Part shown: piece after piece, positions 1 to 13,029 of the stretch
How the letters are laid out: the number at the start of each line of letters is the position of its first letter
Position numbering within the stretch: the first letter of the stretch is position 1
Source of the DNA: Lama glama
Lineage: Eukaryota
Direction: 5' to 3'
Assembly (NCBI GenBank): GCA_028534125.1
Contig: CM052818.1
Span: forward strand, 8,000,001 to 8,064,000
Length of the DNA: 64,000 nt
Made by a program: the position numbers and the translations under genes
Notes under the pieces: generated by a model
Seen by the model: the letters and a program-made list of their open reading frames with translations, nothing else
Told to the model about the DNA's origin: nothing
The model's database searches: none

Positions 1-1659
1 AAGGGCAGTTTCCTTGAGTGCTCCTGTGGATGTAGTTGGCAATATGTATCTGCATCCTGGTTCTTTATTCTGCCAAAATAGAGGCCTACTCTGTAGGCAG
101 TGTAAGCAAAGTGATTTATTTTCTGAGTTCTTTTCAGAATATTAATATTGTGATATTTATTTAAATTTATTTTAAATCATGATAATGCTGAAATTTAATA
201 CCTTGTGTTGTTCACTGAAAATATTGTGAAACCACGACTTAATTAAGTCTACCTTATTAATTTGGCCTGATTAAGAGGTATAAATATAACTCAGTATATT
301 TTCTATTACTTTTCTGTTCTTACAGCATCATCATTTAGTGTTTTCCTTAAAAGAGCTATTCAGCACTTCTATGAATATCTGTGTAGACTAGACTGCAGTT
401 AACATTTTCCAGAAGCCAAAACTAGACTCCCACAATGTATAATTTGCTTTGAAAATTTTGTGCGTTGAGTCTCACTTTCTCCTGTGTTCTTGTTATTTAA
501 CATGACTGAAATATTAATAGCTAATTGTTTAAAGTGCAGTATTTCAGTTGATTCTATGTATAATTAAAAAATTTAAATACATTAACATTTCACAACATAG
601 TCTGTGATTGGGATTAGGACTGTTTGTGTTGGCTGTTCAAATATTCAGCATAGTATTTGATATTTGGATAAAATGCTCTTTTTCATATCAAGCATATTTG
701 TTTAGAATTGTAGCGGGAATATTCTAGGGAGTTTGGAAAATTTGTGTTTAACATAAAATTATTTGATTATTTTCAGATATTAAAAAGAACAGTTTAGGGG
801 ACTCTCACAATCTTACATAACTGTTAGATTTTTCAGATTTGCATCCTCTAATGATATGTTTCTTTTTCTGTCATACATAAAACATTTGCTCTCTAGGTCA
901 TGCTTGAAATGGGATAAAGGGAGGGAAAACTATGAGATAAAATACCCTCTTAGTTCTTTTCTGGAAAACATAAAACTACCTTATTTCCTTTAAGCAGTCT
1001 CTCTCAAACGATCAAATTTATTTCACAAGAAGAAATGCATCTTTATTTTAAAGTACAATACTTTCCTTGTACATTGTGTGAATTAAGTGTGTTGACATTT
1101 AAAAAGCTGTCTGACTAAACCAACTATTTACAACAAGCCCAGGCCAGCCACTTTGGGAAGGGCATATAGACTTACTGAAGTTAAAACTACTACAAGGCAA
1201 GATTATTCTAGAGACATGAAGTCTGGGTTTTGGCTTCAGGAAATACTACTTTGGAAATTACTCTCTAGGTAGGATTAAATATAAAAGTGAAATATACATC
1301 TTAAATGAATTAAGTTGCAAACTAAATGGAATTCATTGCCAAGTGATTTTTTAAAAAGCATTTTAGTTGCTATTATTTGGAATTACTTTAAGAATGTTGA
1401 AACTGAGTTGTGAAACTGTCATATAGTGAAGGTTTTAAAAAAAAGAACATGATCTTATCTGGTTGTGAAAAATCTGATTTTATTATTATAAGGAGATTAT
1501 GAGAGAGCTATTAACTAGTGAATATTTAACCTATGTCTAATTGAAAAGATAAAATTAGTTTTATGCCTGTTTAAAAAAAAAACTCTTGATGCCAAATTAT
1601 GAATTGTGCTCCTCATTGTAATAAACAACTAGGTGAAGAGTTAAAGTACATGAGTCTAG

Positions 1660-2066
1660 CATTTCTCTAAAGACACACAGATGGCCAAGAGGCACATGAA
1701 AAGATGCTCAACATCACTAATTATTAGAGAATGCAAAGCAAAACTATAATGAGGAATCACCTTACATCAGTCAGAATGACCATCATCAAAAGGTCTGCAA
1801 ATAATAAATGCTGGAGAAAAGGGAACCCTCCTATAGTGTTGGTGGGAATGTAAATTGATGCAGCCACTGTGGAGAACAATATGGAGGTTCCTTGAAAAAC
1901 TAAAAATGACTTACCGTATGATCCAGGAATCCCACTCCTATCATATATCTGGGGAAAGCTAATTCAAAAAGATACATGTACCCCAGTGTTCATAACAGCA
2001 CTATTTACAGTAGCCAAGACATGGAAGCAACCTAAATGTCCATTGACAGATGAATGGATAAAGAAG

Positions 2067-2118
<52 letters not shown>

Positions 2119-2559
2119 TGGAATATTACTCAGCCATAAAATGCCATTTGCAGCAATATGAATGGACCTAGAGATTATCATACTAAGTGAAGTAAGATGG
2201 AGAAAGATAAATATATGATACCACTTGTATGTAGAATCTTAAAAAAATGATACACATAAACTTATTTACAAAACAGAAGTAGATTTATAGAGATAGAGAA
2301 CAAACTTAGGGTTACCAAAGGGGAAATGTTCAGGAGGAATAAATTAGGAGTTTGAACTTAGCAGATACACACTATTTTATATAAAATAGATAAACAGCAA
2401 GGTCCTACTTATAGCAGAGAACTATATTTAACATCTTATAATACACTATAATGGAAAAGAATCTAAAAAAGAAAATGTATGTATAACTGAATCACTTTAC
2501 TATACACCAGAAACTAACACAACATTGTAAATGAACTGTATACTTCAATTAAAAAAAAA
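1660..2559 (+). mobile_element. 5'-truncated L1 (ORF2 C-terminus plus cetartiodactyl-type 3'UTR)
   Basis: ORF2 tail peptide FITALFTVAKTWKQPKCPLTDEWIKK; 3'UTR ...tatacaccagaaactaacacaacattgtaaatgaactgtatacttcaatt followed by an A-run. Confidence 0.93.
2068..2117. repeat. (TG)25 microsatellite inside the L1
   Basis: Pure TG run read directly. Confidence 0.98.
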
Positions 2560-2668
2560 TTGCCTGGAAGATCTCTAGCAATTTTGTGAAACTATCATCC
2601 CAGCCCTAGACCACTTATCTATGAATCTTGTTTTCAAGTAAGAAAAAGAAATAACTGCCTTGTATTAA
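2560..2668 (+). mobile_element. MLT1-like (MaLR) LTR 3' fragment
   Basis: catcccagccctagaccacttatctatgaatc...aagaaaaagaaataactgccttgtattaaac resembles the MLT1J/K-type LTR 3' end around its polyA signal. Confidence 0.5.
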
Positions 2669-2777
2669 ACAAAAAAATAAGGGAGTCTAGAATTCATAGT
2701 TATTTTCTGGGTTCTTATTCTAAGTGATGGAGGTGATCATTCATTTACTATTAGGACAGTCTCATTTTTTGTACTCT

Positions 2778-2935
2778 CTATAGCATATAATATATACATC
2801 TTTAAATATACTGTGTGCTGTGTGCCATATATGTATAGTGTACATCTATATATATACTGCATGTTATAGTGTATTTATGTACATATATGGTGTGTGTATA
2901 TATGTACGTAGAGACATACTGTCTATAGTAGAGAA
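2778..2935. repeat. Degenerate (TA/TG)n low-complexity tract
   Basis: Alternating purine-pyrimidine tatatacat/gtgtgtatat sequence. Confidence 0.8.
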
Positions 2936-4785
2936 CAATACATTTCTAGACTACATTATGTAATATAGAGAAATAGCTGTATCAGTGATCTTAAGTCTTT
3001 TTAGTTACAGCAGTTACCTTCTAAACAGCCCTCCTTTGCTGTATTTTTTAAAGTTGTGTTATAGAATTATTGGTAGCAGTTGTGTATGTTTATCTTTTCA
3101 TTTTAGCTCTCTACTAAGCAGACTATTGTTAAAGGATACATTTTGAAAGAGATGATCATGACTTTTATGAGAATAGAAGATGAACATGTGTCAAAGATTC
3201 TTTTAGTTCATTATTTAACGATATTATGATATTGGTCCCAGTTTGAAACACCGCATATTTATAGTCAAATAAAGAATGCTGAAATGAATTTACAAGAGAG
3301 TACAGAACAGGTAAAACTGATCAGTATCCACTGGACAATAAGCAGAATCAATTTCATTTCTATGGACAGGAATCATTTCTATTATCTATGTCAGTTTCTT
3401 AAAGTTAACTGCTCTCTGTACAGTGTTATAAAAAAGCCTAGTCAATGACAAAATGGCTGAACTAGCTAAGGCACCCATTAAGTTTCAGTCTTTTACAATT
3501 TTCCCCTGCTATTCGGTACTGGTTCCATCTCTTATACTTCATGTTAACTTGATTTTAGTAGTCAAAAGAGAGAAATTGTTTCATGTCCACCCAGTTATTT
3601 TAGCTTAGCTGTGTAAATTCTTTGAGGGAAGGCACCCCAAAATACATGAAACTGTACATCAATAAAATGATGTTCTGAGTGCAAATGCAAAAGTTGAATG
3701 GTTAAAACTTGTGTTCTGGTTCAGAAAGTAGAAGAAAAGGTTTTTATAAATCTAATCTTATTAGTTACTTGAAGGAATCTAGCAATGAGTACTTTTGAAA
3801 AGCAAGAGCCCTCTTCTAATGGAATTAATTCCTCCTTGCTTTACTTATTTTATAAATGAGAGCTGTGTATCCGATTATAAGATGGATATAAGTTTAACCC
3901 TAAAATAATTAGAAGCATTGAACCATAAAAGAAGCAAGCATGACATATTACTTTTATGAAATCCTCATACTGTATGATTTTTCTCTGATGTTTTCTCCCT
4001 TGCCAATCATTTATACTTTCTATTTTATAATTCATAATAATATAGTAGAACTAACTTACAGTTGCATATGTTTCTCATTCTGGGGGAATACCAAATATGG
4101 TGAGAAAGGCTCTACCTCTCTACCCCTGGGAGTTAGACTGTGAGCCAATCAAATAGTCCTTCCCAGCACACCAACTCTTAAGGGAGTGATGGATGTTAGC
4201 TAGATTCGATGACTCAAGAGTGGTTGAGAGTTTGGCAGTATAGGGGTGGAGAGAGGGGATCAGTATTCTGTGGGTTCCAAGGGCCATGGGACCTGAATAT
4301 ATGGCTTAGGATTTTCATCATACCTTGTCTCCTTTGGTTTTCTCTGGAACCTGTTTCTCTAGGCTTCCATTGATTTTGGAATCTACTTGATTTTCTTGCA
4401 AAAGCTTCTTTACTGCTGATATTAACTGGCATTTGTTTCCTTTGTTTATTAAGTAAACAAACAAAAAAACAAAATGAAGCTCTCACTAGAAGAAACAACC
4501 AAGTTATCAAGTTTACATAGGAAAAAACAAAGTGTATTTATTTTATGTTTACATAGGACAAAGCCAAGTGTATACATTTTAAGTGGAAAAAATAGAAACA
4601 ATGCTGATATAATTTAGGTTGCTGAATTATAACCTAATAGACCACATGAATCAATTTATGGAATAATAGCAATAACTATGAATATATCATTTTGAAGTAT
4701 TGTAATTGGTCTTTTACCTTATGGTCACATGTCCAAGAATGCCTTTCGAATGTTTAAACTTCTCTGGCATCTTAAAATATGAGCT

Positions 4786-5370
4786 GTTTCTAGTAATAGT
4801 GGAGTAGCTCGTATTGAACTAATCCTTCTGCAGAAAACCATTATAAATTCTGGACAAAATACAAAACCCCCACAGCTCTCTGAAGGCACTGGAGAATGAC
4901 CACAGTAGGCAAAAATTGAAGAAGTGTTAACACATGGAAAGGGAGAATAACACTGTTTAAATGAAAATGAGATTTTGTTGCCAGCAGACCTGCACTACAA
5001 GAAATGGTAAAGGAAGTTCTTCAGGCTGAAGGGAAATGATACCAGATGGAAACTTGGATCTTCCAGAGGAATGAAGAGCACCAGAAATGGGAAATATATC
5101 AGTAGATACATTTATTTTTCCCAATTTCTTTAAAACACCTATGACTGTTTAAGACTAAAAACTCTAATATGGTATTGTGATCTTTATAGCATGTGTAAAT
5201 GTAATACACAATGATTTAAGCATCATGTTAAGAAACAGCATTTATAAATTTCCTGCATTTTGTGTGATGTGGTACAATATTAACTCCAGGTAGACCGTGG
5301 AAAACTAAGGACGTGTGTTGTTATCCGTAGAGCAACCATTAAAAATAATGCAAAGAAGTACTGCTAAAAT
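4786..5370 (+). mobile_element. Old L1M (L1MC/MD-type) 5' end and ORF1-end fragments
   Basis: ccagcagacctgcactacaagaaatggtaaaggaagttcttcaggctgaagggaaatgataccagatggaaac is typical of the L1M ORF1 end. Confidence 0.8.
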
Positions 5371-5542
5371 ACGAGGTCAGCAGTTTTCAATATGCTGGCA
5401 TGCAGCTGAATCCAAATTTCAAAGAAGAGTTACAAATTTACTTAACTCATTAGATATTCAAACATGAGATAATTTTTAAATGGTTGAGTAGAAAACACCC
5501 GCAGCCTGTAAAAGTACTGAAATAATGCAAAAACTCTGGTAA

Positions 5543-5775
5543 ATAGTAATTATCATAGCTAAAAATTATTGAGTGCTATGTGTTACACTCTTTACATGTA
5601 CTACCCATTTATTCATTATAACAACTTTATTCATAACAACAATAAGGTAGTTGCAATTATTCATTTTACCATGAGGAAAGTGAGGTATGGTGGTGTTAAG
5701 TAAGTTTCCTAAGTTTTTATAGCTAGTAAGTAGCAGAGCTGTGATTTGAACCCAGGATGCCTGATTTTAGTGCTT
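5543..5775 (-). mobile_element. MIR SINE
   Basis: attattcattttaccatgaggaaagtgagg...gttaagtaa...gtagcagagctgtgatttgaacccagg is the reverse MIR core. Confidence 0.85.
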
Positions 5776-6444
5776 CTTGGAAAATGAAATCAATTAAGCC
5801 TCTAAAGTATGATATATGAATAAAATTAAATCAAAGATAAAGTATTTGTTAAAAATATGAAATACGAGAAACCATCAATTTCCATTTCTGGTGTCCTTGG
5901 AATTCTGTTTTCCTCATACGTAATAGATACACTTCACTTTCTCCTTTATAAACCTGTTAATGATCATCTACTGAGATGTGTTTCCCTGCCAATCCCTGAT
6001 GCAGTTAATGCCTATCCTAGATTCTCCATCCTTTGTCTTAATTTTGTCCATTAGCCCTTCTTTTACTCTCAGGGCTCCTCTTCCAATGTATCTGACTGAA
6101 AAACAAGACCTGTTGGGGAAGAGAGAAAAATCAGGTTACTGTTTGGTAGGGAAGAACATTAACGTTTTTAAATATCTTCTGTGTGTCAGGTTCATAAAAA
6201 TGCTCCACATTTTCATCCCCTGCCATTTCTGTTGGGCAATACACGGTATAGTTACGTTTTCCAACTTTCTATTTTGTTAAATAGCGAAGAACCTTTATTC
6301 CAAGCAAAATTTTTCATTTATTGCAATGTAGAAAACAAAAGTGATATTTTATTTACACAGATGTTTTTGTAAGTTCACATTTGTAATGTTTGCCTCAAGT
6401 CAGTGAGATCATATTTTGCTAAAATATGAAGAGGGGCAGCATTT

Positions 6445-6670
6445 ATTTTACATCTTAAGGGATCTGTCTGCAGGATAGAAAAGATACTGAATATAGACTA
6501 TTTGAGGAGGCTGTAAAAAGTTGTAGAGCTGTCAGGTGCTGGTGGCAGTGGAGATGGAGGGAAATATTTAGGATATAGACTAGATAGGACTAGGTGATGG
6601 TTGATATATATCCCTGTGAGTGGTGAAAGAGAGAGGTGTAAAAAATAACTCAGGTTTTTGGTTTATCACC
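6445..6670 (-). mobile_element. L2 fragment
   Basis: ggtggcagtggagatggag...ggactaggtgatggttga...aactcaggtttttggttt is a reverse L2 motif. Confidence 0.65.
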
Positions 6671-9035
6671 CTCTTTTGCTAATTTTTAAATTGTGTTTGT
6701 AGTTTTTATTCAACATGTCTAGTTTTGCAGGTTTTCTGTTGAGTTGTATAACCTATAGTAGAATTTAGTGCTTTTTAAAAATAGGTGCTTAACTAATGTG
6801 GGAATCCTGGTTAGAGACATTGATTTTCTGTTTACTTTTAGAGATTGCTGAGTCGTAGAGTTGTTAATCTATTATGTCTTTGAAATTTAAAATGAGCAAG
6901 GCATTAACTTGTAGATACAGTGAATGATCCAGAAATGAATTGAATGTAGAAAGCGTGCTAAACCACCAACACTTTAATTTTCTTATTGGCTTCTAGATAT
7001 TTTACTATAATTCATATCCTGTGAGGTTTGAATATTTAAAAAATTTTCTGAGGTTTTTGAAATATACTATGTATTTTCAAGGTTTATGTCTTCTAGCCTA
7101 CGTTTTATTGGGTTCTGACCAATGGTCATCCATACATTTATTCAAATACTTATTGAACCTAATTGTATTTTCATTTATATATTTTAATGACAAGTTCATA
7201 GGTTTCTGTTTATTAAGAAAATACAGTACTAGCTTTTTTGGTGGGATCTTGAAACAATCTTCTAGAAGTTTGGAGGGTTGCAGTTTTTAATTCTAATATT
7301 CTGGGATTTGATAATCATTCCATACTCAGCCTGTTCATGGACTTCAGGCCTTAGGATAAATGCTATCGCATTTTGCTTTTGTCATTCTAGACAGAAGTAC
7401 TCTGTCTTTTTGGTCTGTATTTGTATAAATACACTATACTCTTGATTGTTTTTCCTGCTCTTAAGGAGGACCTTGACGAAGTCTGTTATTTCCTTTTGCT
7501 TTAATAGATATTTAATGGTCATGGTGGCTTCAACCAATTCTATATGTCTTGGCTGAAAATACATACCTAACACTGGGCTTAGAAACAGTTCTTAAAACCA
7601 GTATTTATTATTTCCCTTTGGATAGTTCTTATCCATTGATAATGCTTAGAAATGAAATTATAACCAGTTTGTAACTACCTAATAGGTGTGTTATATAAAA
7701 CTTGAAAGACTTCCTAAACTTTCTTTTGTTCCTTGATCAGGCTATTTTTTAAAATGTGTATTTCCTAGTATCCTACTTTTTAAAACATATTTTATTTTTC
7801 CTTTTGCTTTTCTAGAGGTAAAAGTAAGATTCATAGCCATATTACTTTCAGAATCACTGAATCTAATGTCTTGCCACCTTCAACATTCTGTGTCCCACTA
7901 GAAGCTTTCTAATCTTTAGTTACTTCTCCACAAAAAAAAAATGTTTAATGGATTCTTCTGAATCATGACTATTAACTCAGTTCTTTAGAATCATAGGATG
8001 CCTTTCATTAAACTTTTAGATTTAAAAAATGATCAGTTAGTTCATCATGCCCTTGCTTGCTTGTACTTGATTTCCTATCAAAACAATTATTGTATTTGTT
8101 TGCTTTCCAAGTTCTTTTATGGAAAAGAAAATCATCTCTAACTTTAGGGGGGTACAAGTTGTTGTGTAGGTTATGGGCTTCTGAATTTTCCAACTACTAT
8201 TCCTTCCTAAATGACTGTAACTAAATTTGAGATTTTATGTAAGTTGAGAGTGTTGCCGGAGCCTTAAAAGTACGGTTTTAAGCTTTAATGACATCAGAAG
8301 TATAAATGCTACAGACGTAGAAAAAAAAATCTTTTGAAAATTTAACCATTTAAATTTGTTCTATGCTCAGATATTTTTGTGAATTTTGAATAACAAAGTT
8401 TTAATTTTTTTTGTTTCAATCCTTTCGATTCAAGATGGCAAGCATTGAAAAAGGAAACATTGAAGGAAAAGTTAATGGTGCCCTTTTGGCTGAAATCAAG
8501 TTCATGGTGACAGTAAAAAGAAAATTTACTTCCTGTTATAAGGAGGAGGTTCCCCATAGACATTTAATTTACAACTGAATGAAAAAGTTAAGGACCCTGG
8601 GCTTAAATTATGACAAGCCTAGATCTGGAAGATGCCAGCAGGGCAGAGACTGTGGGTGACACTAAGAAGGCCTTGGCACAGAGCCCCTAGAGCATGCACT
8701 GCACATCTGCTGAATAAAATATTCCGAAACCCACAGGCTTCAGAATTCTAACAGTGAAACTCGAAAGCATGCCTTCATGTTCAAATGCTACAGAATGATT
8801 ACTGTGCTAAGTTAGACTTCTGTCAACTAATGAAATGAAAAATTGAAAATTCCAATTATATTCTTGACAGGTTGACCTTTTCTGATGAAGCACCTTTCTA
8901 CTTAAGTGATATTATCAATCACACACTACTTTCTGTGTTTGGTGTACAGAAAAGCCTCAGAAAGTTTGACAACACAACAATTCTCAAAAGTTAACATTTG
9001 GTGTGCTGTTAGGAAGTCTTGCATTATTGGCCCTT

Positions 9036-9318
9036 CTTTTTTTATTGAGATATAATCCACATACCATAAATTCACCTGTTTAAAGTGTACAATTCAGTGG
9101 TTTTTAGTATACTTAGAAAGTTTGCAGCTATCACCACTGTCTAATTCGGAACATTTTTATTACCCCAAAAAGAAATCCCATATGCATTAGCAGTCACTCC
9201 TCATTTCTCCCTCCCGCCAGCCCTTGGCAAATTAGTCTCCTTTTTGTCTCTATGGGTTTGTCCAGTCTGTATGTTTCATATAAAGGGAATTATACAATAT
9301 GTGGCTTTTTGTGTCTTT
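9036..9318 (-). mobile_element. L1MB-type 3' end inserted in the transposase
   Basis: ttttattgagatataatccacataccataaattcacctgtttaaagtgtacaattcagtgg; flanked by duplicated ccctt(t)cttttt. Confidence 0.9.
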
Positions 9319-9669
9319 TGACCCTTTCTTTTTGAAGACTATAATCAGATAAGAAATCTTAGCAATGTTTTAGAATTTATTCATTTCCACATTGCAGTGG
9401 CTATTCTATTAAAAAGCTTTTCAAAAAGTACCTGCTATTATGTGCTGTGTGTGTGATAATTTTTGCATGATGTTTTCTCAGACTAGTGTATCAGTAGAGG
9501 GGGGTCATCTTGCTTGCCCTCTTCCAACACCTGTTACTTCTCCATTAGACTTTTTTGTGAGGTCATGTCAAAGCTGTTATATGTGCATCAAAACTTTTTT
9601 CTTTGGGTATTCTTGAGACTAGATTTACAAATACAGTTCTTTAGTCACTGAACCAGCTATGGGCTATAT

Positions 9670-10933
9670 TTATGTATGTACATATGTGTGTTTGTGTTTA
9701 TACTGACAGTTATTTTCTAGCTCTGACCCCTGAAAGCACCTAGAAGCAGTGAGTCTAGTAGCAGTGACAGTTGTGCCCAGATCTTGGTTTCTGAATGTCG
9801 TTCTCCACTAAAAGGAATAAGGACTCTTTAGGGAAATGGCTTGTGCTGGAAAGCAATGGAGTGTTGAAAGAATGATAAAACCATGTCAAAAGTACACACA
9901 AGCCAACCTGAAGGAGCTCTGTTCATCAAGTCAGTAACAATTTAACCATCAAAATAAATACTGATAGATTGAACTGATTGAATAAATTGAAATCCATGAG
10001 TGTATACTGGTATAAATAAATGAGTAAATAAGTAGGGTTGAATAGAAGGCCCTACCCTCCAGTAGAATACCAGCTAATAAACCTAAATAAGTGTTGGAAT
10101 TAGGAAAAAACCTCTGACAGCCTGCATGGTAACATTGGTTTAGGCAAAATCGTCAGTGGTTACTGTAACTAGTGAGTGAAAGTTTGATGAGGAGCATGAT
10201 TTTTGCATAGTTTCAAACTATTTCCCTATAAAATGCTTACTGATTACTTTTCAGTAAGTACAAAATACTTACTAACTTTATTGGGGGATATCATGGCAAA
10301 TATCACCTTAACCAAATGTTAGAATTGACCAGCCTCAGTAAGAGGACAAGTCAACATTGTATGCCTCCTGAACAAAGTAAACCTAGGAGAGCATATCATC
10401 AACTTTATGGTATAAAAAAATGCATGGGCCACATCTAATCACAAAGGAACATCAGATTCAAACTGAGGGACATTCTGTAAAGTAATCAGCATTTTTGCTT
10501 TAGAAATGTTGAGGGCAGGAAAGATAAGAAAGACTGAGGAAGTTTTCAAATTGAAGGGGACCAGAGAGATGTGACAGCGAAATACAAAGAAGAATCTGTG
10601 TTGGATCCTGGACATGATTGGAACACTTGGTGGAATTTGAATTGTGTCTCTGGTTTAAATGCTAGAATTGTGTTGATGTTAATTTGATTTTGGTGATTGT
10701 ACTGTGGTTATGTAGAATAGTATCATAAGCTGTAGGGAGTATTGACTGAAATATTCAAGGGTAATGGAACATCATGTCTGCGAATTAATTTTAAAAGTTC
10801 AGAAAAAATTGTGAGAATAAGTTTTATGAGATAAAGTGTTAATAATTGGGAAACATGGATCAAGGGTATATAGGTGTTCCTTGTACTATTGTTACAGCTT
10901 TTCTAATTTGTTTCACAGTACAGTGTTTTTAAA
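9670..10933 (+). mobile_element. L1MC4/5-type 3'UTR fragment
   Basis: cccagatcttggtttctgaatgtcgttctccactaaaaggaa...gggacattctg...gttccttgtactattgttacagcttttct. Confidence 0.85.
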
Positions 10934-12439
10934 ATGTCCTTTTCTACAGTTGAATATACTATGGCCCAACTCATATTGAATACTCTTATTTACCAAAAAA
11001 GAAAGTTTTTTAAAAAAATGATCAGATTGATGTAAGGATGAATTTGAATATTTATATAGAATAGATGAATGGAAAATTATGCCTTGAATATATCAAGGTT
11101 GACATGGGACTTTTGAGGGTTTTTTTTAATCTTAAAAAAAACACCCTTTACTCCAAAGTGCATAAATCATTTCTAAACAGAGATGCTCTAAGGGAAAAAT
11201 AGCATCTTAGAGGACAGAATACCGCAGGCACTCATCCCCTGACCTCATCAAATGACAAACCTTGAAACAAGTTCAAGGCTGCAAAAATAACTGACTCTGA
11301 CATGTACCAAGATGGGGGGATACCTCCCACAACCTTGAAATAAATGCTTAGTTTTTAAAGAGAATAAAATAAAAAGTAGTCTCGTATTTCATAAATAGAA
11401 CAGTTGAAGAGTTCACATTTTTCATTTGTGATTTTGTTGTTACTTGGGAGAAACTGGTAAAGTTAAATAAAACTCATTTTTATATCAGTTCTTTCCCTGT
11501 CTGGTGTTGAGGGGAACCAAAAGCTTTTAAAATGTTTGTTTCTTCCTCCCACTGTCAGTGAAATGTTGAATTTCATTTCACATCCCTTAGTTTGGTGTTC
11601 ATAGTCTTCTATGAGTTTGATGGTAACCTATCCTTCTAACTTTGCTTAATTTACTACCCCATAGAAATCATCTTCATAACACACTGTACTTACTTTACGT
11701 GAAAAAAACTTTGTTTCTAATTATATGTGATTCTCTCACCTGTATTCTTTTCTGAGTATATGCTTCTCATCTGACAAAATACATTGTGGGTTCTGTTTCT
11801 TTCTGGAAGCTCTTTCTAATCATCCTTGTTCCATGGTGATTTTTCTGTATAGCATATCTTACAGCTTGTTTGTTGAAGCCTTTTTCTTTGACATTTAATC
11901 ATACATTTCCTATTAAATCTTCGGCACTTTTGGTTGATTGTTTGTGTCTGTGCTTTTTGTCTTCTCAACTAATTTGGTAAACACCCAAAGAGGACATACT
12001 ATATATATATACCTACCTCTAAATCTTCCTGAGAGCATCTAGCTGGTTTGTTTTAGTTGAATTGTATTTTAAAACACAGTTATCCTTTAAGCACTTATTT
12101 CCTAATATGGGCATACATCTTTTAAAATTGGCATTTTATTGTTTCCTGGAATCTGTTTAAAGTTAAAATGATTTTTAAAAAATGAATTAGAGTAGGTATA
12201 TTTTTTCTGGAAATAACAGCATAAAAGAGAATATACAGAGAAAATTATCTTTTATAAAGGAAATTATGCATTTCTTAACATTCTGTTCAATTTAACAATA
12301 CCCAAATACTCATAGATTAAATATGATGCCAGTGAAAGAAATTCTTATTATTTTCTTTGGTTAATATAATACAGGATTTGCCTTCTTAATAAAATATAGA
12401 ATATAAAATATTTTAAAGAAAGCAAAAAGGTACTCATGC

Positions 12440-12610
12440 TTAGGTGGTTGTACCGTGGTTTATTTAGCCACTTCCTTGTTGATGAACATTTGGGTTGTTT
12501 CTGTTATTTTGCTGTTACAAATAGTGCTGAATTTCATTGGGCATACGTCTTTTTGTGTTGTTGGCATTTTAAGAAGAAGGACTGCCGAGTCCAAAGGTAA
12601 ATGCACATTT
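12440..12610 (-). mobile_element. L1ME-type fragment
   Basis: gttgatgaacatttgggttgtttctgttattttgctgttacaaatagtgctg. Confidence 0.75.
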
Positions 12611-13029
12611 CATACCATAATCTTTAGGGTGTAGTTTGAGAAAGCCCCTTGGGTGAATCTGAATCCCTCTCTACCTTCTCAGTTGATAATCACTCTAGTT
12701 ATTAGAACTCTTTGTGGAAGGCATGGACTCATTTGCACCCTCAGTAGATATGAATCCTGCCACTAAGGTGCTATTCCTTTTTCTCACTTGATTGCTTGTA
12801 CTGGCTGTCTAAGATGTAGATGGGTCTTTATTTGAACAGGGCTCTTCTGAAATGGAAAACTATTAAAAGATGAAATCAGTCTTTAGACTTCAGAGTTACC
12901 TGGTTAAAGACCTCTCAGGAAAACATGAAATGTCTGGCAGACCAGGGTTTCAGGGCTCATAAATGGCAGTCCTGCTGCTGCTAGCAATAGGAATATTTCA
13001 TGTGTTATCTTGAAAAGTGGTTTTCTATG

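Larger units (their letters stand above)
8246..10985 (+). mobile_element. Fossil Tc1/mariner DNA transposon with a decayed DD41D (rosa/Visitor-like) transposase, interrupted by two L1 insertions
   Basis: ATG at 8435. Conceptual translation across frameshifts: VTVKRKF..EEVPHRH..DKPRSGR..QSPR..IPKPTGFRIL..LTFSDEAPFYLS (8872-8907)..KVNIWCAVRKSCIIGP[L1]FFFE..YYVLCV**FLHDVFSD*CISRGGHLACPLPTPVTSPLDFF..GHVKAVI. A possible C-terminal HIE lies at ~10972-10980. Confidence 0.85.

Noticed and set aside
1986..2171. ORF with a CVCVCV repeat
   Set aside because: L1 ORF2 tail read through a (TG)25 microsatellite.
4100..4450. Possible old LTR fragment and a 98-aa minus-strand ORF
   Set aside because: Could not be assigned to a family with confidence, and the peptide has no recognisable homology.
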